From Phoronis australis (Eukaryota; Animalia; Phoronida): 64,000 bases of DNA. The position numbers and the translations under genes are program-made. Below the pieces are notes generated by a model. It had not been told where the DNA came from. It was given only the letters and a program-made list of their open reading frames with translations, and made no database searches. The stretch covers positions 62,001 through 126,000 of the forward strand of contig NMRA01000527.1 of assembly GCA_002633005.1 (NCBI GenBank). The letters are read 5' to 3'. Shown here piece after piece: positions 1-21,100 of the stretch (the first letter of the stretch is position 1; each line of letters starts with the position of its first letter).

Positions 1-1290
1 TATTCAGTTTGCCAGATGTCATGCTGTTGGCACAACACCTCACTACAAAGTAGTAAAATATTATTGGCATCTTGGAGTGTGAAAATCAAATTGAAACAAA
101 CACAACAATAAATCAAATACAAATCTGAGTAGCAACAACAAACATGGTCATCATCAATAGAATGAAAACAATGTGAGAAAAGTGTTCCACGAGTGTGAAG
201 AATTGTGGGTGTCAGAGCATTGTGGGTAAACGTCAGAGAATTTAAGAGTTGCAAATGATGTTTACAGTGTCATGTAACAGCAATTAGCGGCAGAATCGGG
301 ACGTCTTAATTATAACACAAAATGTTTTTAAAAAAGTGCTATGCCAAATGATGTGTCCGTACAGGTTTCCTGGAAAAGAGGCTCAAAAAGCACCAGTAAG
401 GAGTTTAAGACCTGAAGCAGATATTAGAGTAGTGGCTTGTATAATCTACCTAAGAAAAATAAGAAATGTTGAAAAAAAACATTGTCAGAGGTAAAGCTGC
501 TATGAAATCAGCTCTGCCCAAAATAGACTTTTCAATTTGATTTCGACCTCTCCTTGTCAAAAAAGTGGTCTCAACATGTTTCCCGTTCAGAAAAAATATA
601 CATGATTTTGTGATAATATGCTCACGAGTCGGTGACATGATTATTCATCCTACTATGCTCAGGAATTTTTTCTGACAATTATGGAACTATAGTAAGGCAA
701 TACAACTGCTGTCCAAAGGTATGAACAGCGGTGCGTGTGGTAACACGCTCTGCTAAATCCCTGATTTACAAATGTAATTGCTATTGATTTTGTGAGTAAA
801 AGGAAAACTGATGAATCATGCAACAGCCAATCAGGGAGACTTAACACAGCCATCTCCTGTTGAAGGAGATTTCCTGAGGGACACATTGTTGAATTGTGTG
901 AACCCGTTATGTGTCGTTGGACAGAGAAATGGAACAACCCGAGCTTGATAATGGTTTAATACATGGTGACAAATAATAGACAAGCTGCAACTCCTAAGGT
1001 ATCCAATGCACCTGTAGGTCTCTGTTGCAACTCCCAGGGTATACAACATACCTGTAGGGGTCTGAGATGCAGAGTACCTACTGCCTACAAACCAGACCAC
1101 ATGGACTTTTGAAATATGGTGCCTTAAGACCAGCTAACAACAGGCAAATGCTTCTTAGGTGACTATGATACCAGAATTGTCATTTTTCCAGTTTTTGAAC
1201 ATCGCCAAGTGCTGTTCAATGACAGATTTATGGTACTTAAGTGGTAACATACAGTAAAATTGTCTTCCTAAAGTAATGTCATACATTGAA

Positions 1291-1683
1291 CTGCTGTGTG
1301 TGAACTAGGAATCTTGCTTAATCTCACGATCACATATGCGTGAACTAGGAATACAGGAGGAAACTTGACAAGTTCACTCTAACAATCACGTTCATGTTGA
1401 TAAAAATTTGTACTGCACTAAATCAAATAACATGTTAATAAAATAACGTAAATCTGAAGCAATCCTTTTTCAACTATTGGTGATCCTATTATTCACTAAA
1501 CAATACTTGATTTAACCATTCACATATTCTTCCGATTCTTTGACACAAGTTACGCTAAAGTAGAAAATGGGGCCATGAGGCCAATGATTACAAAAATTTC
1601 AATTGCCCAAATGAATATTCAATTCCAAGTTCACGCATACGCGATCTTGAGATCAAGCAAGATTCCAAGTTCATGCACAACAG
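1291..1683. mobile_element. MITE-like element with ~60-bp imperfect TIRs
   Basis: gtgaactaggaatcttgcttaatctcacgatcacatatgcgtgaactaggaat is inverted relative to attccaagttcacgcatacgcgatcttgagatcaagcaagattccaagttca. Confidence 0.6.
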
Positions 1684-2076
1684 AACAACATGACCTTGAG
1701 CAACAATTTGCCCCTGGTCAGCTGAATGTCCAAACTACACACCCCACACTTTGAGACACGATGGAAATTATCGAACGGCACATGTGAAGCTTTCCCCAAC
1801 GGCAATGATTGGTCACAATTTCCTTAAATGTTTTTGGACATTCCACCATCTTTCGATCGTGGAAAGTCAGTAGAAGATGGCTGAACGCAACAAAATAAAT
1901 GTATTACAGACAAGAAGAAAACGTAGCCCGAAATGAAGGCGCCCGCATGCAAGCACACAGCTGTTATCTATCTCCCCCTTGTCCAAACATTTGCGACCAC
2001 ACTGCGACTTGTGCTACAACAAGTTAATCTACCTCAATAAGGTGAGGTAAGTGTTCCCAGTTACTCTGGTGTTAGA

Positions 2077-2210
2077 GGAGGTGGTGTGGTCTAGTGGGAC
2101 AAGTGTCCAGTTCCTTTACTCAAGGTCGTGGGTTCGAGTCCCACTGGGGCACACTACTACACCCTTGTCAGGTCTCTAGCGCCTCAGATCGGATTTAACT
2201 AAAAAAAGAA
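2077..2210 (+). mobile_element. tRNA-derived SINE (or tRNA pseudogene)
   Basis: A box TGGTCTAGTGG, B box GGTTCGAGTCC, no clean cloverleaf, A-rich tail. Confidence 0.65.
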
Positions 2211-5200
2211 GCATAAAAAAGGTTACAGGTGACGAATGTAATGGGCCCACCTGACTGGCCTGCACATCTGGTACAACGTGTGCCAGGCCACCTGCATTTA
2301 TTTATATACCCTGGCGTTAATATCGTCCATACTTCAACTCCACCAGGTGACAACTCATTCTATGAACACTTTTTTCTAGAGTAACTCATCGTGTGCCCCG
2401 CACTTAATGTACTCATTGACAAAATCCACTGAAGCACAGTATTTTTTTCTGGCATATTATGAACTAAAATTGAACACACTTTGACGCATGAATATGTTTC
2501 AGAAGATGACAATGAAGAATGCACCTGAAATAAATGAAAACAGACATTTTTCACAGGACGGTGTCTAACGAGTTCGCAATCATGTGGACCATCACGTTTC
2601 GGGCTGGTAATCAATCTTGAACCAAGAAGACGGGAGTGGCATGCTGAACAGGAAAACACAGAATAACTCTTACTGGCATAATTCAAAGTTTTGAGAAATG
2701 TTGCAGTTCAAATACCATTAAGTGTTGTTTAAATCCCACGTCGCTAATCATGCAAATAGCAAACCACACTGACTATTATTCTATACTGTCATATCCAGCT
2801 ATTTGTTGATTCCAACACTGCAGACATGTAATGAGTTTTGTCACATACAACAAACAGCTTAAGTTTATTAAATGCTAGCAATACAATCACAGATGTGATT
2901 AAACAATTTATATTCATTGACGGCCGTGCTAATGACTCACACTTCGTCAACGGTAACGAGCCAGCAAATCAGTTGATAGATGCCAGCGCTCAGATTCCTC
3001 CACACAAAACACATTTGAACAACTGATGAGAGCACATGAGTCACCAAATTAGAAACTTCACAGGAACATTCATGCGGAATAGATCACCGGTCTGATTAAT
3101 AATCGAACAATTGCAAAAGACACCAGAGTAAAAACAAAGCTCGATTGACGGACTCTGTGCCAATTGGCAGGGCAGAGGAAGACGGTGATTGGTTCTAGTC
3201 TGATTAGTAAGACTGTAAGTCACTTGAATAATTCATTAAGGTCACGAGGGATTATGGCGCGTAAACATGGTATGTACTGTCTGGCACGACGCCAACTGCC
3301 AAGGCAACAGAAAGTTGAAACAGCACGAACTGTGGTCTACTTGACTATGAGAAGTGTAACATAAAAAAAACACATGAAAATACAAAGACATTATTATGAA
3401 TGCTTGTTTGTGTCAGCGTGTGCCTTTTAACAGACAACAAATCAAAATTTAGGGCTGAATTCCGCAGTCTGCAGGTCGCCAATGCAACCCCAGATTTCAT
3501 TTCGCGATGTGGTAAAAATCCGCAAATCACACAAAGTCACCACATTCATATCAGAGCGTGCGCTCTGCTGCAGAAAGAAAACTGGTGCGTGTCAGAATTG
3601 TCGTAAACAAACAGATGGCCGGTCACGTATTTCTCATGCAGACAGTTTGGGCGTGAGTTCCGTAGACGCGATAAACTCCCGAAAGAAGATAGTGTGATCA
3701 AGTGCTTCGCTCATAATAGTTGGACATATCTCGAAAAGTTTTGCTTCATCTTTTGTTTTCGTGACCTTCTTGCTCCTTCTTCATGTAGGAGATGAGCTGC
3801 GTCTATGGAATGCATGCCTGATCGTCTGCTCCTCCTTTCGGTAAGAGATGAACCTGATGCTCAGCATATGGAGGCTCAAGGGAGAAATCGGGTGTTACCG
3901 AGTACGCGAGGAATTCCTAATTTTGTGATTAACTAAAAAAAGACCATACATGAAATCTATGGTGTTTTGCCTGGCTTTTGCTCTGCTTGATGGTTCTTCA
4001 ATTCACATATTCTGTTTTGTTATTTCCAAGTGTTACGAACTATAGGCTGTGGCAGCCATGACTTTAGTACCACACACTTACAACCTGAGAATTTTGTCGC
4101 ATCACATTTGGCGACTTAGCATTATACTAAGCATCGAGCCCTGAAATCAGGGACAATTACTAAGGTATCTCTCAACTTTTCACTTGACCTCGACACCGCT
4201 GACAAACTGTGGTCAATTTACAAGTCGTTCTTCAGCTAATTCCATAGTTTCCAAAAACAAAACAATGGCCAACATGAAATGATAGTCTCTAATCTAGTTA
4301 TGAGACCAATCACCACCAGGGCTACATCGACCAATTGACACACAAGTTACCGACCTCTCTCATAGTTATGCGATACTTAAGAACATTTTTTGCTACAGTA
4401 TGACATCAAAGACTGACGCAATACAATTTGCTGCAGATATTTCACTAGACAATAGAATAATTCAGGTCACTTCTCGATGGAAATAAAATAACCTTTAATG
4501 AAAAATGTGACAAACCTAATAACGAAAAAAGTAACAGACAGACAGAAAGACTATTACTGGTGACTGAAAAGCAGTAAGCAGCTCCCTCTATAGGCAAAGA
4601 GTTTAGAGGTCTAGAATGATCAGGTGTAGTAGTTATCTATAACTAGCTTGTACACTTGCAAAGCATGGGTGGTCACTTGGGGTTCACAAGGCGGGGGTAA
4701 CAACACTGAATTTGTTTAACAAGCGAACGATTAAATACAGGCAGTTACAAACACAGCTCAGCTTTGGGCGAGAATCAGGCACAGCGTAGCGCCAGGAACA
4801 GCACGAAGAATGATAGTATGGAGAACAGCACAACAATGCCGAAACGGGTCACGAGAACACCCCAAGTTCAGAACGATGTCAGACTTGGTCCAGCTGGAGA
4901 ACAACCTGCGTTTGTGACAGCCAGGTTGTGACGTTTCTGACTTATGTGCCAAGACACAAGGTTGGGAGAAATGAACTTGTATACATCCTGAGAACATACC
5001 AAGTTAATAGCGATGTCAGAGCGAGTCCACCTTATGAACATCTCATGTTTGTGACCTATCAGCAAGGATGTGACGTTTGTAGCCTATGTGCCAGGAGGCA
5101 GGCTTGGGGAAAACGATTTTTTTGAGAATTTTTGGACGCACAAAAAATAACCGAGAGGCAGTTTCTTACCAAAAGTCAAAGCGGTTCCACTATGGGGCTA

Positions 5201-6048
5201 AAAACTAACATACACTCTCAAGGTTAAAGCCATAATATTGTTGATAAATTAATGTTTTGCAAACAGTGTTGCAAACTACAATATTGCTGGGTCGAAAAAT
5301 GCCACAAAAAGTGAGGTAAACAGCACGGTAGATTTTTGTCCCACTTCTCCTGGCATCATGGTGCTAATCTCTTACTGCGCAGCAGGAATTGAGTAGTTAA
5401 GACCTCGTGCTGGTTTTCATCATGCATTTGCAATTAGGTGAGATTATGCAACAAGTTGTAGATTTTGTCCCATTTTTCTGTGCAAACCCCAAAGTTGTCT
5501 ATTGTTCAGAGATAGGCCATATGCTCTACCTTTCAGCCATGTGGCATTCCAAGAAAGAGATCATAAGCTTGACTTAAGTGTTTAACACAAGTCGTGTCTT
5601 AATTTTGACGAATTTACCGGATTTGGAAGTTTCAAAGTTTGTGAGTTAAGACAACAAACCTTACACTTTTACAAAATGAACTTAAGACAGTTTCTCGGAA
5701 TAGGCCCCAGACCAGACACAGTGTAGTTTAAGAGGAACTTCAAAATAACTAAAGCCCTGCTTCAGCAAAGGTAGAGTGAAGCCTAAAACAGTTTCTAAGT
5801 TTATTTTTCTGTTTACTTGCACTGTCCCAAAATCCAATCTGACAAAATTAAGAAATTTTGTACCACAGATGTGAACACAAGAATTCAACAATGTGAAAAC
5901 CCAAGAAAATCTGATTGCCATTTTCAGGTTGCAACACTACAACTAACCCACAGAGATCAATTTAATAGGACCTCCAGAAGAGAAAACAACATAAACACCA
6001 GGAGTACAGCAATTTCCAGAATTTTAGAACGTAACATTTGTTAGCCTA

Positions 6049-13630
<7,582 letters not shown>

Positions 13631-13699
13631 GGTAATTGATGAAATAAATTGGTACAAATGCTGGACACCGGCTTCTGTCCTTGCATGCAGACTTGTATT

Positions 13700-13755
13700 G
13701 TTATTGGACGCGCATGCGCGGAAACGAGACTCTGTGACGAGCGCCATCTTTTGTT
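13700..13755 (-). promoter_or_regulatory. NUDT21 proximal promoter (CCAAT, NRF1-like and YY1-like motifs)
   Basis: ATTGG at 13703-13707, GCGCATGCGC at 13710-13719 and CGCCATCTT at 13742-13750, just upstream of the ATG. Confidence 0.65.
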
Positions 13756-15924
13756 ACCACAAGAAACAGGCACAAAAGCGGTACGTATACAGGGCATAGG
13801 CCGCAACTCGCCAGAAATTTCCCTCATCAAAAAAATGCAATTATACAGCACCGATATCTAAAAGCGATTAGCAAATGATAGATAAAAAATCGAAAAATTA
13901 GTGTTGAGAAGAAAATTAGTGTTGGGATGTGAAAGTCTCGTCCGTCGTAACTGACTAATTGTATCAAAATTGGCGAAACCCCGGCAAAGCTTGAAATAAA
14001 ACTTACAACTTAGTTTTACTGTGTCGAATGTTCATTTGGAACACAGATGATAACGAACAAACGTGTCTCTCCCTAGCAAAAAGTCAGAGGTCCCGACGGC
14101 CTCACGTTCAAGGAAAACAAGGACGATTCCGACAAAAAGCCGTCCAAGCGCTAAATTAGTTACTGGTATATTGGGCATTTGTTTATTTAAAATTGGATTG
14201 TGGGCGATTTTGATACTAAAGATAGAAGAAAGTAAGTCTAGTCTACTTAGGCTCATACCGGATTAGCCTATTTGATTGGGCAATTGGATCCGATTCAATT
14301 GAATAGTCAATCTTTAAGACACTGTGGGTTCCAAGTTATTATACATTGCTTTTTATTTGGTAATTAAATATCTTCATTGAAATTTCACAAGGTTTAATAC
14401 GTATTTTATTTTTTAGGTTCATATACCGTTGTTCTAAATGACGTTTCTCATTTCATGCTCGATGGCTGGTATTATATCTGCACTAATTTCCGACATGTCT
14501 TTTTGTCATCGCGTGGGCGGCTATTCATCCGAAGTGATTGATGTTCAACAAATCATGGCGAGACGATTCTTCATAACTATGATGGTGACTGTTTTGTTTA
14601 ACTTAAACACACACGATGGTCTATTAAGTTCGCTACGTCTCACTACTTCGATTTTCACGGATGATGCAAATTTCGTCACAACAGTAATACTTGTATTCTC
14701 AAACTAAATATTTAGTTTGTTAGTTCTAAGTCTCATAAACTTCAACTTCTTCACGAAATAGGAAAAGTTTTTGCGTTCAAGAAGATAATGTGTTTACACG
14801 AACGATATCTGAGTGATATGGCGACGACCACAATTTTTCAGCTTCTAAGGTATAACAATGATTTCAATGACATATTACCACATGTTTTTCTCATTGTAGT
14901 CCGTTTGTTTACGTTAAACACGGTTTCATTATTTGAAATGCCATTGAATTAAACAAATACGTGTCCTAAGAAGGTCTGACAGTAGACACTAGATAAACAT
15001 TCGTAATTTCGTTGGCAACCTTTATTGAAAGAATGATGGAGACCTAGAAGTACAAGTTAAGAGTATGCTTAAGGGTAATGACAATGTAATACAAACGGGA
15101 TATAACGTGAATACACGTGGAAAAGGTGATAATTCCTACCTCTATGAACAATCATAAAGTTCTCTAGACACCAAAACAAATGACAGCAAAAAGATGACAA
15201 TCTTGAACATCTCTATACACCGCCACCCCAACTAAAGCTGTCACATTGTTTTGTAGCTTTTACTCGTGAAATTCATGAAAACTCGAGCTAGCATACTCGA
15301 TGGCGTAGTAAAAATTCTCAGACGGCGTGCTCTTGGCCGGTGAATCGTTTGACGTTAGGGCTTAGCAAACTGTTTTTGCAAACGAATCAGTACAAAAATC
15401 CTGCAGACTCATGAAGCTCGGGACTTCGTTGGACACCGGCGAAGGATGCTGGGGAAAATTCGGCGACGGGGCCCGGGTGAATCCGGAAGTTTAAATGCCC
15501 GCACTAGAGAGTATACCCGTAGGGGGACCAATTTCAGTGTTGAAACCATTATAAGTGAAAGGTCAACCTTTCCTATGAACACGCTCCCAATTTTCGCGCA
15601 GGCAAATGGGGTCCATGAGGCTCAGGCTGCATATGATCATTGATTATGGACACGACAAGAAAAAATATTGTCAGGGTCCCATGCCGTTTTTCAGTCCGGC
15701 GGGGGAATGTGATTGTGGTTGGCGACTACCCTAGCCTGTCCTCCCCAAGCCAGTGTTCACTGGAGACCCACCAGTGCTTCGTAAGGTACATTTGGGCATG
15801 TCTATATTTCTAACTCTAATTCAAGTCTGGGAAATATTGCAAGAAAAAAACGCCGCCATTCCCCTGACCAAATTTAAATAGTATTTATCGTTATGTCATA
15901 ATAGGTCCTATATTTTTGGGGAGA

Positions 15925-17810
15925 ATGAACTTTAAGAGAGAGCACTAGCAATCTGAAGGGTATCATTGTTGGCGGCAGAAATATAAATAATTTGAGATAT
16001 GCAGATGACACAGTCCTTATGGCCAATAATGAACAGCACCTACAATAACAAAATAAATAATTTGAGATATGCAGATTGTAGTGTTCTGCGTTGGACAGAC
16101 AAAATCAAAGTCCGAGTTTGACGAGATGATTTTATTTACTAATTCCACTTGGAACCTTGGTGAAAACTTTGAATCCTTGTGAGAACCGTGTGAGAACTGT
16201 AAATCTATGAAAATACACAAAATACTCTAAATACATGACAATATTATATAAAACCGAATCTAAATTAAACTGTTAACAATAGTCACTCTAAGAAACTAGT
16301 CAAAATTACTCAAATCTAAGTGAATCGGTATATGAACTTTAAATCACATTTTACGAACCAACATTTATCTTAAAACGTATTATATCTTAGAATATTTCAT
16401 AGCTCATAAACTCTAATGAGACTTACAGAAATTGCTCCCTTTGATCTTATCCACGCATGAACATCCAATTCTTGTTTTGTGTATCAGTATGATCCTTGTC
16501 AGTGACTGAATACACTCCTTGAAACTCTACAGACTCGGTGATCTGCCTAAAATACTTGATTCTCCAAAGTTACTGAGCTTCCTCGTCTCCTAACTTTTTC
16601 TTTTGAGAATGACGCTTATGTTTGCTCCAGAAATATTTATACTCTAAGATATGACTAAACATCACATGGACACTGGTCAAGGCATAAGTACATCGGTGTG
16701 GGTGTTTCTTAGAATCAACCCACCTAAAACTGACCACTCCAAAACATGTTTTGATGATCATATCCTGTTTGTCAGAACTGCACTGAGAACTTAACAGAAC
16801 TAAAGCTTTTCTGAAGAAATTGCGCAATACTCAAGTTTACCACAACAAGTTGTTTACAATAACAAGTCCTGTTCTAGAATATTTGAGACTTTCAAAATAG
16901 TTAACTGTTATTAATTAACACAGTTGTTCATAAATTTAATTATTGTTACATAATTCTTACATTTTTCATCAAAAATGTTACACAGATGACACAGTCCTTA
17001 TGGCCAATAATGAACAGCACCTACAATAACAAATATAAATAATTTGAGATATGCAGATGACACAGTCCTTATGGCCATACCTACAACAACTTGTCAACAT
17101 CGTTAAAAAGCAGCAGCAAAAATGGACTTGAAATGAACATGAAGAAAAAAAAGCGATGGTAATATCAAAAAGGATGGTCTCAAGGCAAACACGTCAGAGA
17201 TCAATGAACAGAGACTGGAGAAGGGGGGCATTTTAAATACTGACCTAGGTCAACATGTCACACATGATGGCATAAGTGCCGGATGAAGAAATAAAGACAC
17301 GCATCGGAATGGCAAACTCAAGGTTCATCTCTATGACAGGAGTGTTAACATCAAAGGACATCTCCTTCACTCCTAGAATAAGACATGTGAGATGCTACAT
17401 ACATTCTGTAGGCCTACTGCTTTACGGATCTGAGACATGGACAATGAATAAAAACCTGGAGAAAAAATAGCGGCCTTTGAAATGTGGACATTCAGACGGA
17501 TGGCAAGAATCAGCTGGACAGAAAGAAAGACCATTAAAGATGTTTGTAACTTGCACAAAATTAAACCATCACTCCTTAAGTAGAAATACAACTTCCAAAC
17601 AAAAAAACTGAAATACTTCGGGTCATGACATTGAAAGGCATGACACCAGTTGCAAGAACATACTGGAAGGAAAAACGGAAGGGGTGAGAGCAAGAGGTAG
17701 ACAACGCAGAAAATGACTGGACGACATCAAGGACTGGACGCCCATAACTGCAAGAATGCACAAAGGCAAAGAGCAGAGTAGAATGGCGGGTCATTTCAAG
17801 TCGACCTCTA
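15925..17810 (+). mobile_element. 5'-truncated decayed RTE-clade LINE (RT C-terminal part)
   Basis: GIIVGGRNINNLRYADDTVLMA, DEEIKTRIGMA, LLYGSETWT, AFEMWTFRRMARISWTE, ILEGK..G.RARGRQR, with frameshifts and stops. Confidence 0.9.
16077..16982 (-). mobile_element. Solo LTR inserted in the LINE
   Basis: TGTA...TACA termini, perfect 5-bp TSD CAGAT (16072-16076 and 16983-16987), minus-strand AATAAA near 16130. Confidence 0.75.
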
Positions 17811-17889
17811 AAGAATAAAATCAGAAAAGGCACCCTTTCGCTCAGAATTTTGTCGGAAATGGCACATTTTCTTAGAGAAACTGGTCGTG

Positions 17890-17965
17890 AAAAAGCCAAT
17901 CGTCTGAGTAGGCCTACGTGCCACGCCCCGTGACTCTCCCTGGGGCTGAGCGATAACGGCCGCTG
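17890..17965 (+). promoter_or_regulatory. Probable WDR70 promoter
   Basis: CCAAT at 17896-17900 and GC box CCACGCCCC at 17921-17929, in a CpG-rich patch about 200 bp before the ATG. Confidence 0.5.
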
Positions 17966-18141
17966 GCTTTACCAAGTCCAACGTGTGAAAGACTTTCCAT
18001 TGTTAAAAATCATGATTTTCGTGCCGGCACAGATGCCAAAGGCTAATGGTTGAATGACATTCAAAAGCGAGTCCGTTTGTAGTCTTTTTGATAAGAACTG
18101 TATTTTCACAGCGCTCATGATACTGTTGTTGCAGGACCACA

Positions 18142-18163
18142 ATGGCGGACGATGGTAAACATG
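18142..18163 (+). CDS. WDR70: WDR70 probable first coding exon
   Basis: acaATGGCG, MADDGKH(G), gtgagt donor in phase 1 matching exon 2. It is short, so the assignment rests on context. Confidence 0.6.
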
Positions 18164-21100
18164 GTGAGTTTAGACACCAGTGCCCTAAAGTCGTGAATAT
18201 AAGCATAAAAAGCAGCTGATTGTCATACTAACCAATGTCCGTTAGCAACTTTTCATGCGATATCATGGTCATGTATCAGCCTTCACAAATTTAACGCTTG
18301 TTTGTCTCCGTAAACAGAGTTTTGAAAATGTTGTATAGTCCGGTTACCTATTGTCGTCAGGCTCCAAAGTTCGCCCGCCATCTTGTTTCGCGTGCAGCGC
18401 AACCACGCGGGACTTAGCGTTCCAATTTGGAGTTCTCGTCTGCACGTTAGGTACTAACTTATCGGAAGAGACACGTATCAAAGTAATGAGACAAAAATCG
18501 GTGAGTTTACCGATTGTTTTTTAAAACCACTTAAAAATCAGTAGATTTTACTAATACACTTTTTTGTGCGTTTTCAGAAGATGTTTTCGAATTTAAATTT
18601 TCTTCCGACGGGACACAAAACATGATCCAGGGTTTGTTTATGCAATGTATCTGTTTTTCCCAGGCACTAGTAGGATCTAGAAGGCCAAAGGAAAAATCCG
18701 CAGACAAATGCGATACGCTGGGTTCTTAACATTTTTGCCTCACGTTCACCATTAAACTGCATTGAAATGTTGAATTGGCTTTTATTGGAAACCACAGTGC
18801 AGAGCTCAACATCAAAGCTTCAAATCGAGTTTATGTCAATAAAAACAGGCTGTTGCAATTTTCATTACTTCGTTGGCCTTTTTCTGCATGTTTCTCAGTT
18901 TTTACAAAAGGGGGCAGCATATGACGAACTTAGGTGTCACAATAAAATGGCTGCCGAAGGCAGTGCACATTTGAAATAACTCGGCACAAATTAAAGAAAA
19001 CTTCCGAATCGATGAATGCGGTATATCTGTGAGAGTTAAATCGAATCCTATTCAGATCATAACTTTGAAGTGGAATAATTCGGTGAGTACAACAGCAAGT
19101 CGGTTTTATGCTTAGGCGGACGACCATTGGGCTCCCGAGTATATATGTGCTTCCTGACCTTCCTGTGAATCAGCCTCTGTAAGCTACTCGCTAACGAGCA
19201 ATTGCCCATTAGCTGAATGGTTAGCACGCTTGCCGGTTTTATGGGGGTCGCTGGTTCGATCCCCTGGTCGGGTAATCTCGGCTATTATTACAAAACAGTT
19301 GCTGATATTGCCGGCCATTTTGAATTAGGCCCTAAAGTCGTGGTCGTTTTGTTTAGACTGAAATGCACGATGTAATACCACACAAATCAACTACAGTGCT
19401 TACAGTTACTCTAGACGACATAAAATGCATTGCATTGTTTATTAATTCAGTTTCAACTGAAATAAGTTGTTTGTGTTTTGCACCCAACTTCGATGTGTTC
19501 AGACTGTCAGACATTTTCAATGAGGTTGTTTACGTAAAACGCTAAGAACCCAGCGTCTGTATTTTATTGCTTTGGCCTTACAAAACTTGATCGACCCTGG
19601 GACATTTTGATACATTGTTCAAGCCACCCCTGGAGCCCCTGTTACAGCAAATCTGAACGATGTTTAGTTTTGAAAATATATTATGAAAATGCACAAAAAA
19701 GTGGATTAGTGAAATATGCAGTTTTAAGATACATTTGTAAAAAGAAGCAATCCACTCACTGTTTGTTTTTATATTGTGAATATCAACACGTCGGGGTATT
19801 CGTTCCTTAGCAGACGAACGCTGGAAACTTCAACGCTAGATGTCACGGGACCGTGCAGAAGTGGAAATAAGATGGTTCACGACTTTAGGGCACTCACGAT
19901 TTTAGGACTTCCGACAGTATATAATTTTTGGCACTCTTGTCAGCTAGGTTTGCTCTTTTGGTCCACAAAAATCAACGTAGCGTCGGTAATCTTCCTTAAA
20001 GTGTAGTCTCCATGCATTTGTATAGATCTCAGGTGTCCTATTCAATCAGTGTTGCCGGTCACAGAACAGTTCTCACTGGGTTTTGCCAAACCGAACACAC
20101 GACATTTTGAAATATTCAATTCATCAATGAACTTGACACTTTTCACCTTTTGTTCACTCTGGCCCTTTCACTACTACTGAAAAGCAAGTTAGGCATAGAA
20201 AAAGGGGCAAAAAACACAAAATTATCACTTTTCACCCTCAATTAAAACCCCACTTCTTCTTGGCATAGCCAACATTAGATTCTGAAACAATGAAAGCAAA
20301 TTGCTTAATTGACACTGATCAGATATAGCGGTTCCTGATTTTGAGAACTAGTTTCATCCACTGAATAATGAGCCCGTTATTCAGTGATTGCCTGGTTCTC
20401 AAAATCAGGGACCGCTATATCCGACCAGTGCCAGATTCCAAAAATGTGGTCCAAAAGTGCTGTCAGTTGTGACGGGAGCACCGTATCGACGATCGCGTGG
20501 CAACGATGCATGAGTCTGCAAGTTTTCGCCCTGGGATATCCCCACAATTTTCTGAAAAAGGATCGTAATTTAACAACGAAGTTTAATAGCAATGGACCAC
20601 AATTTTGTGGAAAGTCTGTCAAAGGCTAGCGATATGTCGGAGAGCGTAAATTTGATGAATCCTAGAGACTGGGTTTCAACCACTTTAGGCTACAATAAGC
20701 GGCCCCCTCCCGAAACAAATTTCTCTAAGCACCCTCGGCGCTTATTAGGGCAAATATGGTACAAATAAACCAGATTTACTGAGCCTACACGTAACTCCTC
20801 AAAACTGACCCCCAGCCTGGCTTACCTCTAGAATTTAATTTTTGGGTATTGCAAATTGGTCGTGGCTGCAGCTTAACTGTTCAGTGCCCTCTAGCGAAAA
20901 ATTAGACAATGACCATGGTCTCTGATGGCAGCCAGCAGAGACGATGGAGCTTCTATAGGTGCTTCATATGCCGGAAGCTTTTCGGCGAATTATGCCTCGC
21001 ACTTCAACTAAAATATCAAAGTCAAGTTGTTATGAGTACCTTTTGCGCATGAAGGGGCACCGATGTATTTCATTCCTTCCAAGTCAAACAAATACTCCCG

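Noticed and set aside
2077-2150. Functional tRNA gene (also 19204-19270 and 30979-31045)
   Set aside because: A and B boxes are present but the acceptor and anticodon stems do not pair cleanly, and each continues into a SINE-like body.
3022-3058. Hammerhead core CTGATGA...GAAAC
   Set aside because: The intervening bases do not form stem II and no stem I or III is evident.
17276-17470. Host protein-coding gene
   Set aside because: Fragment of a frameshifted RTE LINE reverse transcriptase.
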